64,000 bases of DNA from Acidimicrobiaceae bacterium (GTDB lineage Bacteria; Actinomycetota; Acidimicrobiia; Acidimicrobiales; Bog-793). Where the stretch lies: the NCBI GenBank assembly GCA_003159795.1, contig PLPK01000076.1, positions 19,331 through 83,330 of the forward strand. The letters are read 5' to 3'. This document shows positions 30,242 to 39,591 of this stretch, piece by piece. Position 1 is the first letter of the stretch, and every line of letters begins with the position of its first letter. A program made the position numbers and the translations under genes. The notes under the pieces were generated by a model that worked only from the letters and a program-made list of their open reading frames with translations, made no database searches and had not been told where the DNA came from.

Positions 30242-30434
30242 CGTCGACGCCCACAGGGGCCCCCGCTCACCGTCGCCGCCCTCGCCGGGCACGGCTCCCC
30301 GTCGACCCCGCACGACGTCGCCCGACTCCACACGACAAGCCTACGGGCACGCCATCCCGGTGGTGCGTGCTACCTCCCCGGTCTAGGCCGACTCGGCCCG
30401 GGACAATCCTCTGGGCATTTCACCCCAGCGGGGT

Positions 30435-30572
30435 CTAACCCCGATCTTTTTGCAAGTGGCCCTTCTTGTGGTTGGACTGTTGCTTCGACAACACCAGTCT
30501 TCCCTACAAGAGGGGCTTTTCCGCGGACGCGCGCTGGTCAGGTCACGGGGACTCGCGAAAGATCGGGGCTAG
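30435..30572. repeat. 138-nt element bounded by a 15-nt inverted repeat
   Basis: CTAACCCCGATCTTT (30435-30449) pairs with AAAGATCGGGGCTAG (30558-30572) at 14/15 positions. An internal imperfect hairpin (CTTGT...GGACTGTTG/CAACACCAGTC...ACAAG) lies at about 30466-30510. Confidence 0.4.
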
Positions 30573-30862
30573 TTGTGGGGCAGCGTCCCTTCCTCGGAAT
30601 TCGGTTGAGGATCGTGTTCGCGGGTGATCGCCTCTTTAGGCTCTTTGGAGCGCATCCCCAGCAACCAAAGAAAGAATCGCCCGGGCCACGCCGGCCTGTG
30701 GTGCTTCTTGCCGTCCGAGCCGTGACCGAATCGGCCGTATCGCAGTCCGAAACTGCTTCCACCCCCGATTCCTGGGAGGGGCAGTGAATTGGGTTCCTCG
30801 TACTTCGGTACCTTGGCGAGTGGATGCCTCGGCTTACGTGGTTTGTCGTCGGCTGAACCCAT
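30569..30862 (-). CDS. Small basic hypothetical protein (doubtful)
   Basis: 97 aa from ATG 30862 (MGSADDKPRKPRHPLAKVPKYEEP...). Moderate third-position GC, weak RBS, no recognised family. Confidence 0.25.
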   Translation of the reverse strand: MGSADDKPRKPRHPLAKVPKYEEPNSLPLPGIGGGSSFGLRYGRFGHGSDGKKHHRPAWPGRFFLWLLGMRSKEPKEAITREHDPQPNSEEGTLPHN

Positions 30863-31205
30863 GACGAGATTATGCCTGATGAATTCCCATCGCGAACCGG
30901 GGACGCGTCCAGATCGACACAGCCAGAGGGCTCGAGCGGTGGCAGGCGTCTGATGGCACGTGGTCAGCACGACAACCGCCGATCCCCAAGGCGTGCGAAC
31001 CGTCTCTTGAGCCGGGCCAGCCGTCCGGCTTCATCTGGGCCAAGTCGGCCTACGCCTCCCCGCCCGGTTTCATGGGACGTCCCCACTCCCCATGGACCTA
31101 ATGTGTCAGCCAGCTTGGCAGATCACCAGTCGTCAGGGTGGTCGCATGGACCTCGGCGATCACCTGGCTCTCGTTCAGCGAGGTTTCCAACCTTGAGGAG
31201 GCGGG

Positions 31206-32036
31206 ATGCCGAAACTAGCCGCCATTCGTCTGTTCGCTGCCGTTGCGCTGCTGTTTGCGGCGACCTCGGCGGTACTTGCTGCTGGGCTTCCGTCACCGGC
31301 CGCGGCTTCGTCTTAGAACGTTGTAATCCTGTCTGTTAAGGCGACGCCACGCACGCTTCCGGACAGTGGCGGGTTAACCACCGTGACCGCCTCGCTCAAG
31401 AACGCCGACACCTGCCAATTACAGCCGTCATCCTGGTCGAACCCGCAGCTCACCCCCACCATCTACAACTTCGGTGGAAACGGCGACTCTCCGGGTTACG
31501 GCACACCGGTGGTGAAGTTCTCCGACAGCGTGCGGCGGTGCTCGACGACCTTCACGATCCCCGTGCGCTTCACCGCGAACCAGGTTGGCACTCGGGCCAC
31601 GGTCACGCTGACGCTGGAGGCGCGCAACTCGTATAAGAACAACGGAAAGAACTGGACCTCCTCGCAGACGAAGTCGTTCTCCGTCGTGGTCCTCCCGCAA
31701 CCACCGGTCTCGATTGTCGAGGCGACCGCCCCCGGGAACCTCCTATGTCTGCCGCACTTCCCTGGGACGACCGTCGGCAAGGGCTTCGTCGCCCACTTCG
31801 TGATTTCGGGACCGGTAGGCACCAGCGTCGTCGAAATCAGCTATGGCGACATAACAGTGCCAGGGTGGCACAGCCACAGCCCGATCAATGGCTGGCTCAT
31901 GAGGTCGCTCACCGACCAGCGGTCGTCGTCGCTTGTCATTACCAGCCACTTGAACATGGGTCCCACGTGGCGCATCGAGTTGACAGCCGGGGGTAAGCCC
32001 TTCGACTTCGTCGTCCACTGCCCGAACGGCTCGTGA
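31206..32036 (+). pseudogene. Secreted two-domain beta-sandwich protein interrupted by an in-frame TAG
   Basis: GAGGAGG RBS, then ATG 31206 encodes the signal peptide MPKLAAIRLFAAVALLFAATSAVLAAGLPSPAAASS. A TAG follows at 31314-31316. The same frame then continues as NVVILSVKATPRTLPDSGGLTTVTASLKNADTCQL... to 32036. Confidence 0.6.
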
Positions 32037-32553
32037 TACGCCCACAAGCGCGCCATAAGACGCTTACTGGTACTCGCTCTTGTTGCGGGGCTTCTTGCCA
32101 CTTGCGCCCATACCGCAGAGTCTGTCTCACCGCTCGCCAAGCAGAGGCTCGCGCTCTCTATACGTGAGACGGAACGAGGCAGTAAAGCCCCCGTCCCTCA
32201 GCAAATGAGGCTACGAGGGTGGCCTCGTGCCGACGGCCCCGCTGATACCAAGTGCCAGCCCGACCACCACGACTACGACCGTCAAGCCTTTGACGACGCG
32301 TCCCCGCACGGGACGGACCGGAACGACTCCCCCATCGGACAGCCCGGCTCGAATTGTGCCCGCACGAGGCTGGCGGGTGCACGGGTTACACCGCCGCATC
32401 GCGGGGCGGCAGTTCGCGCCGCGCCCCTCTACCGAGGAGGCGCCGCCGGGCGCACTGGCAGCTGCGGCGGCGGCCCTGGTCTAATTCCGCCCTGGTTAAC
32501 GAGGAGTTGTCTGATCGCGGAAGGCATGACCCGGGGCACCTGGAAAGGCGGCA

Positions 32554-33353
32554 ATGGACTCGGCGAGTAGCGAAGGGGCGCCTTTCAAGCTGACGGTCGT
32601 CATCCCCGTCTACAACGAGGAAAGGACGCTGCGCGAGGTTCTCGGCGCGCTGATGGCCCAGCCCATCCCGGGCGACACGGAGATCATGTCGTGGACGACG
32701 GTTCGACGGACCGGACTGCCGAGATCCTCGTCGGCCTCGATCTCGTCGTCCTCCGCCACGCCGTCAACCGCGGGAAAGGTGCCGCCGTCCTGACCGGCAT
32801 CGAGCGGGCCACCGGGACGCATCTCCTCATCTTCGACGGTGACTCGGAGTACGACCCCGCCGAGATAGTGAGCCTCGTCGATCCGATCCTCGCCGGCCGA
32901 GCCGAGGTCGTCTACGGCGTGCGGGTGCGCGGGTTGGGGACGGTGTTCCCGTCGCTCCTCTACGCCGTCGGCAACCGGGTGATGACCGGATTCGCCAACC
33001 TGCTGTTCGGCGCGGCAATCAGCGACTCCTTCACCTGTCTCAAGCTCTTCCCCCTCCCGCTCGTGCGCCGGATGCGCCTCGGCGAGCCGCGCTTCGCGGT
33101 CGAGGCCGAACTCACGACCGAGATGCTCCGCCTCGGCTTCCGGCCCTACGAGGTCCCCGTTTCCTATGTCGGGCGATCCCGCGAGGAGGGGAAGAAGATC
33201 GGGTCCGCCGACGCCGTCCGCGGCCTGGTCGTGATGGCGAAGGTGAGGATGCGCGGGCGCGTCGCCCCGGGGGCACGGGACCGCTCGCTGGCCCCCCGCG
33301 TCCTGCCGCCGACCCGCTCGCGGCGCACGAAGCCCCTCGCACCGGGAGCCTGA
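32554..33353 (+). pseudogene. Family 2 glycosyltransferase with a -1 nt frameshift
   Basis: N-terminal part KLTVVIPVYNEERTLREVL...GDTEI is in one frame. The canonical continuation VVDDGSTDRTAEIL...NRGKGAAV...FDGDSEYDP is in another frame. The junction is at about 32686-32688 (atcat|gtcgtggacgacggt). Confidence 0.7.
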
Positions 33354-33413
33354 GGCCCACCGGCTTCCCGGCCCGCGCCCGAAAAGAGGGACGGTAGCGC
33401 CGGGCCGCCAGAA

Positions 33414-34508
33414 TCAGGTGACCTTGAGCTCGCTTCGGTAGACGCGGGAGGGACCGAGCTCGACGACGCGGGCCGCGAGCGTGCCGAATGCCTGCGCCGC
33501 CTCCCCGTCCGGGTCGACGAGGAGCGCGGGAAGGCCCTCGTCCGCCCCCTCCCGCACGGCGGGCTCGAAGGGGATCTGGGCGAGCAGCTCGACGCCGAGC
33601 TCGTCCGCCAGCGCCTTCCCGCCGCCGGCGCCGAACAGCTCGAGGCGGGTGCCGTCCGGGGCGATGAACCACGACATGTTCTCGACGACACCCCGGATCG
33701 GCAGCCGGAGCTCGCGGGCGAGCGCCCCGGCACGTTGCGCAACCCGCTCGGCCGCGGGCTGGGGGGTCGTCACGACACAGAGCTCCGACGCCGGCAGGTG
33801 CTGGGCGACGCTCAGCGCGACATCACCCGTGCCGGGCGGCATGTCGATGAGGAGGAATTCGGGATCGCCCCAGTGCACCTCGGTGATGAACTGCTCGAGT
33901 GCCTTGTGCAGCATCGGCCCCCGCCAGGCGACCGCCCGGCTCTCGTCGACGAAGAACCCCATCGACACGCAGCGCACGCCGTGGGCGACCGGGGGCACGA
34001 TCGTCGGGCCGAGGACAACAGGCTGGTGCGTGACGCCCAGCATGCGGGGGATCGAGAACCCGTAGAGGTCGGCGTCGAGCAGCCCGACGGTGTGGCCGGA
34101 CGCCGCGAGCGCGACGGCGAGGTTCGCCGTCACGGTCGACTTCCCCACGCCCCCCTTGCCCGAGGCGATGGAGAGCACGCGCCTCCCCGCCGTCGATCTC
34201 CCGTCCGCCGGGTGGTCGAGCTCGCGCAGGCGCTCACCGAGAGCCTCGGATTCCGCCTCGTCCATCGCCTCGACGACGACGTCGACCGCGACGGCCGACC
34301 CCGCCGCCTCGGCGGCTGCCGTCAGGCGCCTCCGCAACTCGTCGCGCGCCGGGTGCCCGTCCGACGGGATCCGCACGACGACGTCGACGCCGCCGGGGCG
34401 GGCACGCACGTCACCTAGCAGACCGGCATCGCCGAGTCGGGCGAGCACAAACGGGTCCTCCACCGATTCGAACGCCGCACGCAGCGCGGGGAGTTCTGCA
34501 GCATTCAT
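33414..34508 (-). CDS. mrp: Mrp/ApbC-type Fe-S cluster carrier ATPase
   Basis: DUF59-like N-terminus, deviant Walker A SGKGGVGKSTVTANLA, and the C-terminal part typical of Mrp/NBP35. ATG at 34508. Confidence 0.9.
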   Translation of the reverse strand: MNAAELPALRAAFESVEDPFVLARLGDAGLLGDVRARPGGVDVVVRIPSDGHPARDELRRRLTAAAEAAGSAVAVDVVVEAMDEAESEALGERLRELDHPADGRSTAGRRVLSIASGKGGVGKSTVTANLAVALAASGHTVGLLDADLYGFSIPRMLGVTHQPVVLGPTIVPPVAHGVRCVSMGFFVDESRAVAWRGPMLHKALEQFITEVHWGDPEFLLIDMPPGTGDVALSVAQHLPASELCVVTTPQPAAERVAQRAGALARELRLPIRGVVENMSWFIAPDGTRLELFGAGGGKALADELGVELLAQIPFEPAVREGADEGLPALLVDPDGEAAQAFGTLAARVVELGPSRVYRSELKVT

Positions 34509-34577
34509 CGAGGGCCACGCTTTCCGCTGGTCACGCCGACGCCGGGATTCCGGCGCACCGCAAGTAGGATACCCATC

Positions 34578-35375
34578 GTGCGCTCCGCCACTTCTCCGGC
34601 GTCGGCAGCGTCCAAGCCGAGGATGTCCCGGCGGCCCGTGGCGCCCGTCAGCGACGCTGCCCGGATGGCCCCCGACGACAACCACGACGACGAGTCCTTC
34701 TCGGCCGCCGTCGCCGCCATCACGAGTGCCTTCGGGGACGCGACGCGTCGCCACATCTACCTGTTCGCCCGGGAGGTCGACGGCGCGACCGCCGGCGAGG
34801 TCGCGCACCGGTTCGCCCTCCACCCGAACGTCGCCCGGCACCACCTCGACAAGCTCGCCGCCGGCGGCTATCTCGAGGTCACGCTCGACCATGCCGCACC
34901 GGGGGCCGGACGCCCCTCGAAGCGCTATCGGCCGTCGTCGCGGGAGACGACGGTGCCGATGCCCCCGCGACCCAACGAGCTCGTCATCAACCTGCTCGTG
35001 CGGGCGCTTGCCGCACTCGACCCCGCTGTCGCCGACCGCCTCGCCGAGGACGTCGGCGAGGAGTACGGCCGCTCCCTCGCCGCCCTGATGGCGCCGGGCG
35101 AGTCGCAGCGCTCGATGCGCGCCGCGATGTCTGCCGTCGTCGACGCCCTCACCGCCCACGGGTTCGCCGCCCGCACCGAGAGCGACGCCGCGACGACCTG
35201 GGTCGTACGCGAGCACTGCCCGTTCGGCGAGGTCGTCCTCGAGCACCCCGTCCTCTGCGCCGTCGATCGCGGCATGGTGAAGGGGCTGCTCGCCGGGCTC
35301 TGCGGCGGCGAGGTCCCCGTGCAGCTGTCCTCGCGGGCCCTCGGCGACCGGTCCTGCTCGAGCGTCGCCGGCTGA
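34578..35375 (+). CDS. ArsR-type HTH regulator with a C-terminal Cys cluster (SufR-like)
   Basis: HTH region FGDATRRHIYLFAREVDGATAGEVAHRFALHPNVARHHLDKLAAGGYLEV. The C-terminus has the spacing C-x12-C-x14-C-x17-C. The gene lies 8 nt upstream of a cysteine desulfurase. Confidence 0.6.
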   Translation: MRSATSPASAASKPRMSRRPVAPVSDAARMAPDDNHDDESFSAAVAAITSAFGDATRRHIYLFAREVDGATAGEVAHRFALHPNVARHHLDKLAAGGYLEVTLDHAAPGAGRPSKRYRPSSRETTVPMPPRPNELVINLLVRALAALDPAVADRLAEDVGEEYGRSLAALMAPGESQRSMRAAMSAVVDALTAHGFAARTESDAATTWVVREHCPFGEVVLEHPVLCAVDRGMVKGLLAGLCGGEVPVQLSSRALGDRSCSSVAG

Positions 35376-35383
35376 GCCGAGGC

Positions 35384-36517
35384 GTGGCCCGGCACTACCT
35401 CGACCACGCCTCGACGAGCCCTTTGCGGCCCGAGGCGGCCGTGGCGATGGCCGACTGGCTCGCGGCGGGCAACTTCGCCGATCCGGGTCGTGTCTACGAG
35501 GAGGGTCGCCTCGCCGCCGCCGACATCGAAAGGGCCCGGGAAGCCGTCGCCGACCTTGTCCACGCCACACCGCAGCAAGTCGTGTTCACCTCCGGCGGGA
35601 CCGAGGCCACGAACTGGGCGAACTGGGCGACACGCCAGCGTGATCCCGCCGCGCCGATCGCCTGCACCGCCGTCGAGCACTCGGCGGTCCGGCTCTCGGC
35701 CGCCCGGGACGGGCCCGTCGCGACGATCCCGGTCGACGAGGTCGGCCGGGTCGACCTGGCGGCGCTCGACGGGCTCCTCGCCGGTCGGCACCGCCCAGTC
35801 CTCGTCAACTGCCAGCTCGCCAACCACGAGGTCGGGACGGTCCAGCCGGTGGCCGAGGTCGTCGCCCGCTGCCGGGAGCGCGGCGTCGCGGTCCACGTCG
35901 ATGCCTGCGCGGCCGTCGGCCAGATGCCGGTCGACCTCTCGGCGCTCGGCGCGGACCTCTTCTCGATCTCGGCTCACAAGCTCGGCGGGCCCGCCGGAGT
36001 GGGCGCCCTCATCGTCGGCCGGGGCTTCCGCCTTCCGGCGCTTCTCGTCGGCGGCGACCAGGAGCGGGCGCGGCGCGCGGGCATGGAGGCCGTGTCCGCC
36101 ATCGTCGGCTTCGGGGCCGTGGCCCGGGCACTTGCCCTGCCCGGCGCCCTGGGGGAGGCGGCGGCGCGCGCGCGACGACTCTCCGACGCGATCGCGGCGG
36201 CGGCTCTCGGCGTCGAGGGCGTCGTCCGTCACGGCGATCCGGACATCCGCGTCCCGCACATCGCCTGCTTCGGCGTCCCGGGTGTCGAGGCAGAGGGTGT
36301 CGTCCTCGGGCTCGACGCGGCGGGCGTGGCCGTCCACTCCGGGTCGGCGTGCTCCTCGGAGACCCTCGAGCCCTCCCCCGTGCTCGCCGCGATGGGCGCG
36401 GCGGCCGACCGCTCGCTGCGCTGCTCCGTCGGCTGGTCGACCGGCGACGCCGACGTCGCCGCCTTCGCGGAATCGTTCCCCTCGGTCATCGCGCAGCTGC
36501 GCGCCCTCGCGGGCTAG
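35384..36517 (+). CDS. Cysteine desulfurase (class V aminotransferase, NifS/IscS-like)
   Basis: HYLDHASTSPL, PLP-lysine region SISAHKLGGPAGVGALIV, and active-site loop HSGSACSS. Confidence 0.85.
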   Translation: MARHYLDHASTSPLRPEAAVAMADWLAAGNFADPGRVYEEGRLAAADIERAREAVADLVHATPQQVVFTSGGTEATNWANWATRQRDPAAPIACTAVEHSAVRLSAARDGPVATIPVDEVGRVDLAALDGLLAGRHRPVLVNCQLANHEVGTVQPVAEVVARCRERGVAVHVDACAAVGQMPVDLSALGADLFSISAHKLGGPAGVGALIVGRGFRLPALLVGGDQERARRAGMEAVSAIVGFGAVARALALPGALGEAAARARRLSDAIAAAALGVEGVVRHGDPDIRVPHIACFGVPGVEAEGVVLGLDAAGVAVHSGSACSSETLEPSPVLAAMGAAADRSLRCSVGWSTGDADVAAFAESFPSVIAQLRALAG

Positions 36518-36544
36518 GACCTCCCCGGCGGGCCGGCCGGGCGG

Positions 36545-37507
36545 CTAGCGCCGCAGGATGGCAAGGTCGGCGTCGACCATCATCTCGATGAGCTCGGCGA
36601 ATGCAACCTCTGGTGCCCACTCCAGCGTCGTGCGGGCCTTTGTCGCGTCGCCGACGAGGACGTCGACCTCGGCGGGACGGAGGAACTTCTCGTCGACGAC
36701 CACGTAGTCCTCCCAGTGCAGGCCCACCCGGCCGAAGGCCACCTCGCAGAGCTCGCGCACCGAGTGCGTCTCGCCCGTCGCGATGACGAAGTCGTCCGGC
36801 TGGTCCTGCTGGAGCATGCGCCACATCGCCTTCACGTAGTCGCCGGCGAAGCCCCAGTCCCTCTGCGCATCGAGGTTGCCGAGCCGCACCTCGCGCCCGA
36901 GGCCGACCGCGACACGGGCCGCGGCGTGCGTCACCTTGCGCGTCACGAACTCGAGACCGCGCCGCGGGCTCTCGTGGTTGAACAGGATCCCCGACGAGGC
37001 GTGCAGCCCGTAGCTCTCGCGGTAGTTGAGAGTGATCCAGTGGCCGTAGACCTTGGCGACGCCGTAGGGGCTACGAGGGTGGAATGGCGTGAGCTCGGTT
37101 TGCGGCGACTCGTGGACCTTGCCGAACATCTCCGACGAGCTCGCCTGGTAGAAGCGGATCTCCGGGTTGACGAGGCGGATCGCGTCGAGCACACGCGTCA
37201 CGCCCAGTGCCGTCACCTCACCGGTGAAGACCGGCTGGCTGAACGAGGTCTGGACGAAGGACTGCGCCGCCAGGTTGTACAGCTCGTCGGGCTTGCACTC
37301 CTTCAACACGTTGATGATCGAGACCTCGTCAAGCATCTCGCCCGGGATGAGGGTGATGCGGTCCTGGATGTGGGCGACGCGCTCGAATGTGACCGTGCTC
37401 GACCGGCGGACCATGCCGAACACCTCGTAGCCCTGGTCGAGGAGGAACTCCGCGAGGTAGGAACCGTCCTGTCCTGTCACACCGGTGATGAGCGCGCGCC
37501 GGGCCAT
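36545..37507 (-). CDS. gmd: GDP-mannose 4,6-dehydratase
   Basis: [38 protein letters not shown] and [11 protein letters not shown] are highly characteristic of Gmd. Confidence 0.92.
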   Translation of the reverse strand: MARRALITGVTGQDGSYLAEFLLDQGYEVFGMVRRSSTVTFERVAHIQDRITLIPGEMLDEVSIINVLKECKPDELYNLAAQSFVQTSFSQPVFTGEVTALGVTRVLDAIRLVNPEIRFYQASSSEMFGKVHESPQTELTPFHPRSPYGVAKVYGHWITLNYRESYGLHASSGILFNHESPRRGLEFVTRKVTHAAARVAVGLGREVRLGNLDAQRDWGFAGDYVKAMWRMLQQDQPDDFVIATGETHSVRELCEVAFGRVGLHWEDYVVVDEKFLRPAEVDVLVGDATKARTTLEWAPEVAFAELIEMMVDADLAILRR

Positions 37508-37701
37508 CGCACTGTTCTAGGCGAGGGACCGGGGCGTCGCAACCACTGGCCACGAGTACTTCCAGACGGTCAGCCCCGGCGGCGGGATCCGGCACGTGGC
37601 CGCGCGACGGCTCCGGTGGCCGCGGAACTCATATCGGCGCGCCACTACGGCGGCGCTGCGGATGCGGAACCAGGGATCCGCGCTCGAATCGTCGCGAGCA
37701 C

Positions 37702-37731
37702 CCCGACGGACCGTTCGGCGGTGCCGTCGGG
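37702..37731 (-). terminator. Hairpin downstream of cspA
   Basis: CCCGACGG / CCGTCGGG, an 8-bp stem with a 14-nt loop, starting 12 nt after the csp stop codon. Confidence 0.35.
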
Positions 37732-37742
37732 ACGAGAGACGG

Positions 37743-37943
37743 TCAGACCGCCCGAACGTTCGCTGCCTGGAGGCCCTTCTGCCCCTCTTGGACCTCGAAC
37801 TCGACCTGCTGGCCCTCTTCGAGCGTGCGGTAGCCGTTCATCTGGATGGCGGAGTGATGCACGAAGACATCGGCACCGCCCTCCTGGGAGATGAAGCCAT
37901 AGCCCTTCTCAGCGTTAAACCACTTCACAGTTCCGGTCGCCAC
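37743..37943 (-). CDS. cspA: Cold-shock protein
   Basis: [15 protein letters not shown] (RNP1) and DVFVHHSAI (RNP2). GTG at 37943 gives a canonical 66-aa Csp. A leader of about 270 nt lies upstream. Confidence 0.9.
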   Translation of the reverse strand: MATGTVKWFNAEKGYGFISQEGGADVFVHHSAIQMNGYRTLEEGQQVEFEVQEGQKGLQAANVRAV

Positions 37944-38212
37944 TTCGGCGATCCCCCTTCGTTCGATTCCACGTGCCACGAGGGAACGCCGACGTCACCG
38001 CCACCCGCACCGACCCGGCCGATCCTTTCGGACAGGCCCACTCCGGCGGTCGCGAGACGGCCGTAACCACAGGGCAGTTTCTCTCGGCGCGCAGGCTACC
38101 AGCCCAATCTCCCGCCGTCACCCTGCGATTTCCCGGCCGGCCCCAGGCGTGCCCCAGGACTTCGCCGGGCGAGGACCGGCGGGTGTCGGGCTGCCGGTGA
38201 GGGTAGGGACTG

Positions 38213-39571
38213 TCAGCGGTAGACGCGCGTCCCGCCGGAAGTGTCCTCGACGACCCAACCCGACTGCTCGATCTCGGCCCGCAGCCGGTCGGCTGCCGCG
38301 AAATCACGCGCCGCCCTGGCCTCGTCCCGACGCCGCACGAGGTCCAGGACCCGCTCGTCGACCTCCTGCCGCCCGCCGGCGGCCTCGACTCCGAGCGCCG
38401 CGAACAGGTCCAGCACCGTGCGCGCGAGCGTGCCGCCGGCGCGCAGGTCGCCCGCGTCCCAGAAGGCATTCGCCCGCCGCATCGCCGAGAACAGTCCACC
38501 CAGCGCGCGGGGCGTATCGAGGTCGTTGTCCATCGCCTCTCGGAACTGGCGGCGTTCCTCGCCCGCGTCGCCGGCCTCGGCGTCCGGTGGCGCGTCGGCG
38601 AAACGGCGGGCGAGGCTGTCGATGCGCCCCAGCGCCGTCGTCGCGTCCTCGAGCGTGCGCTCGTTCACCTCGACCGCCTGGCGGTAGTGCGAGCCGAGCA
38701 CGAGGAGGCGATAGGCACGCGGGTCCGACCGTTCCAGCAGGTCCGCCATCGTCCTGAAGTTGCCGAGCGACTTCGACATCTTCTCGCCGTCGACGCGCAC
38801 GAGCCCGTTGTGCATCCAGCGGTGGGCGAAGCGCTTGCCGCGGGCCTCCGCCTGGGCCCGTTCGTTCTCGTGGTGGGGGAAGATGAGGTCCTCGCCGCCG
38901 CCGTGGAGATCGAAGTTCTCCCCCAGGAGCGCGAGCGACATCACGACGCACTCCGTGTGCCAACCCGGGCGGCCCGCGCCGAAAGGCGCCTCCCAGCTCG
39001 GTTCCCCGGGTTTCGACCTCTTCCAGAGGGCGAAGTCGACCGGCGAGCGCTTCTGGTCATCGACTTCGACGCGGGCGCCGGCGCGCAGCGACTCGATGCT
39101 CTGGTGCTTTAGGAACCCGTAGTCCGCGACCGACGACGTGTCGAAGTAGACACCGTCGCCTGTCTCGTAGGCGCTCCCGCGGGCCCGTAACTCACCCACG
39201 AACTCGACCATCTCGGCGATGTATTCGGTCGCGTGGGGGGTCGCAGTCGGCCGGGCGAGGCCCATCTGGTCCATCGCGGCCCACCATTCGGCCTCGGCCT
39301 CGGCAGCTACGTCACGCCAGCTGCGACCCTCGCTCGCGGCACGGTCGATGATCTTGTCGTCGATATCGGTCACGTTCGAGACGTGATCGACCCGCAGGCC
39401 GCAGAACTCGAGGTAACGCCGCAGCACGTCGTAGACGAGGGCGAAACGCCCGTGGCCGACGTGGGGGGCGCCGTAGACGGTCGGGCCGCATACGTAGAGA
39501 CCGGTACGACCGGCGTCCCGTGGCACCAGTTCAGCGACACGACCGGTAGCCGTGTCGCGCAACCTGAGCAC
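38213..39571 (-). CDS. cysS: Cysteine--tRNA ligase
   Basis: HIGH-type HVGHGR, KMSKSLGN, and a C-terminal DALR/anticodon-binding tail. At 452 aa the length fits CysS rather than MshC. Confidence 0.88.
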   Translation of the reverse strand: MLRLRDTATGRVAELVPRDAGRTGLYVCGPTVYGAPHVGHGRFALVYDVLRRYLEFCGLRVDHVSNVTDIDDKIIDRAASEGRSWRDVAAEAEAEWWAAMDQMGLARPTATPHATEYIAEMVEFVGELRARGSAYETGDGVYFDTSSVADYGFLKHQSIESLRAGARVEVDDQKRSPVDFALWKRSKPGEPSWEAPFGAGRPGWHTECVVMSLALLGENFDLHGGGEDLIFPHHENERAQAEARGKRFAHRWMHNGLVRVDGEKMSKSLGNFRTMADLLERSDPRAYRLLVLGSHYRQAVEVNERTLEDATTALGRIDSLARRFADAPPDAEAGDAGEERRQFREAMDNDLDTPRALGGLFSAMRRANAFWDAGDLRAGGTLARTVLDLFAALGVEAAGGRQEVDERVLDLVRRRDEARAARDFAAADRLRAEIEQSGWVVEDTSGGTRVYR

Positions 39572-39591
39572 ACGACTACGGTACTAGTCCG

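Noticed and set aside
31314-31316. Pyrrolysine or another form of recoding at the in-frame TAG.
   Set aside because: No pylTSBCD-like genes or recoding element is visible in the window, and this recoding is not expected in this lineage. A nonsense mutation, a sequencing error or low-level readthrough are simpler explanations.
32211-32399. A minus-strand 62-aa ORF with a TM-like anchor (LTVVVVVVGLALGISGAV) that ends at a TAG. It was considered as a second amber-interrupted gene.
   Set aside because: The sequence after the TAG runs only about 33 codons to a TGA and has no protein-like features. The evidence is too thin to call a gene or pseudogene.
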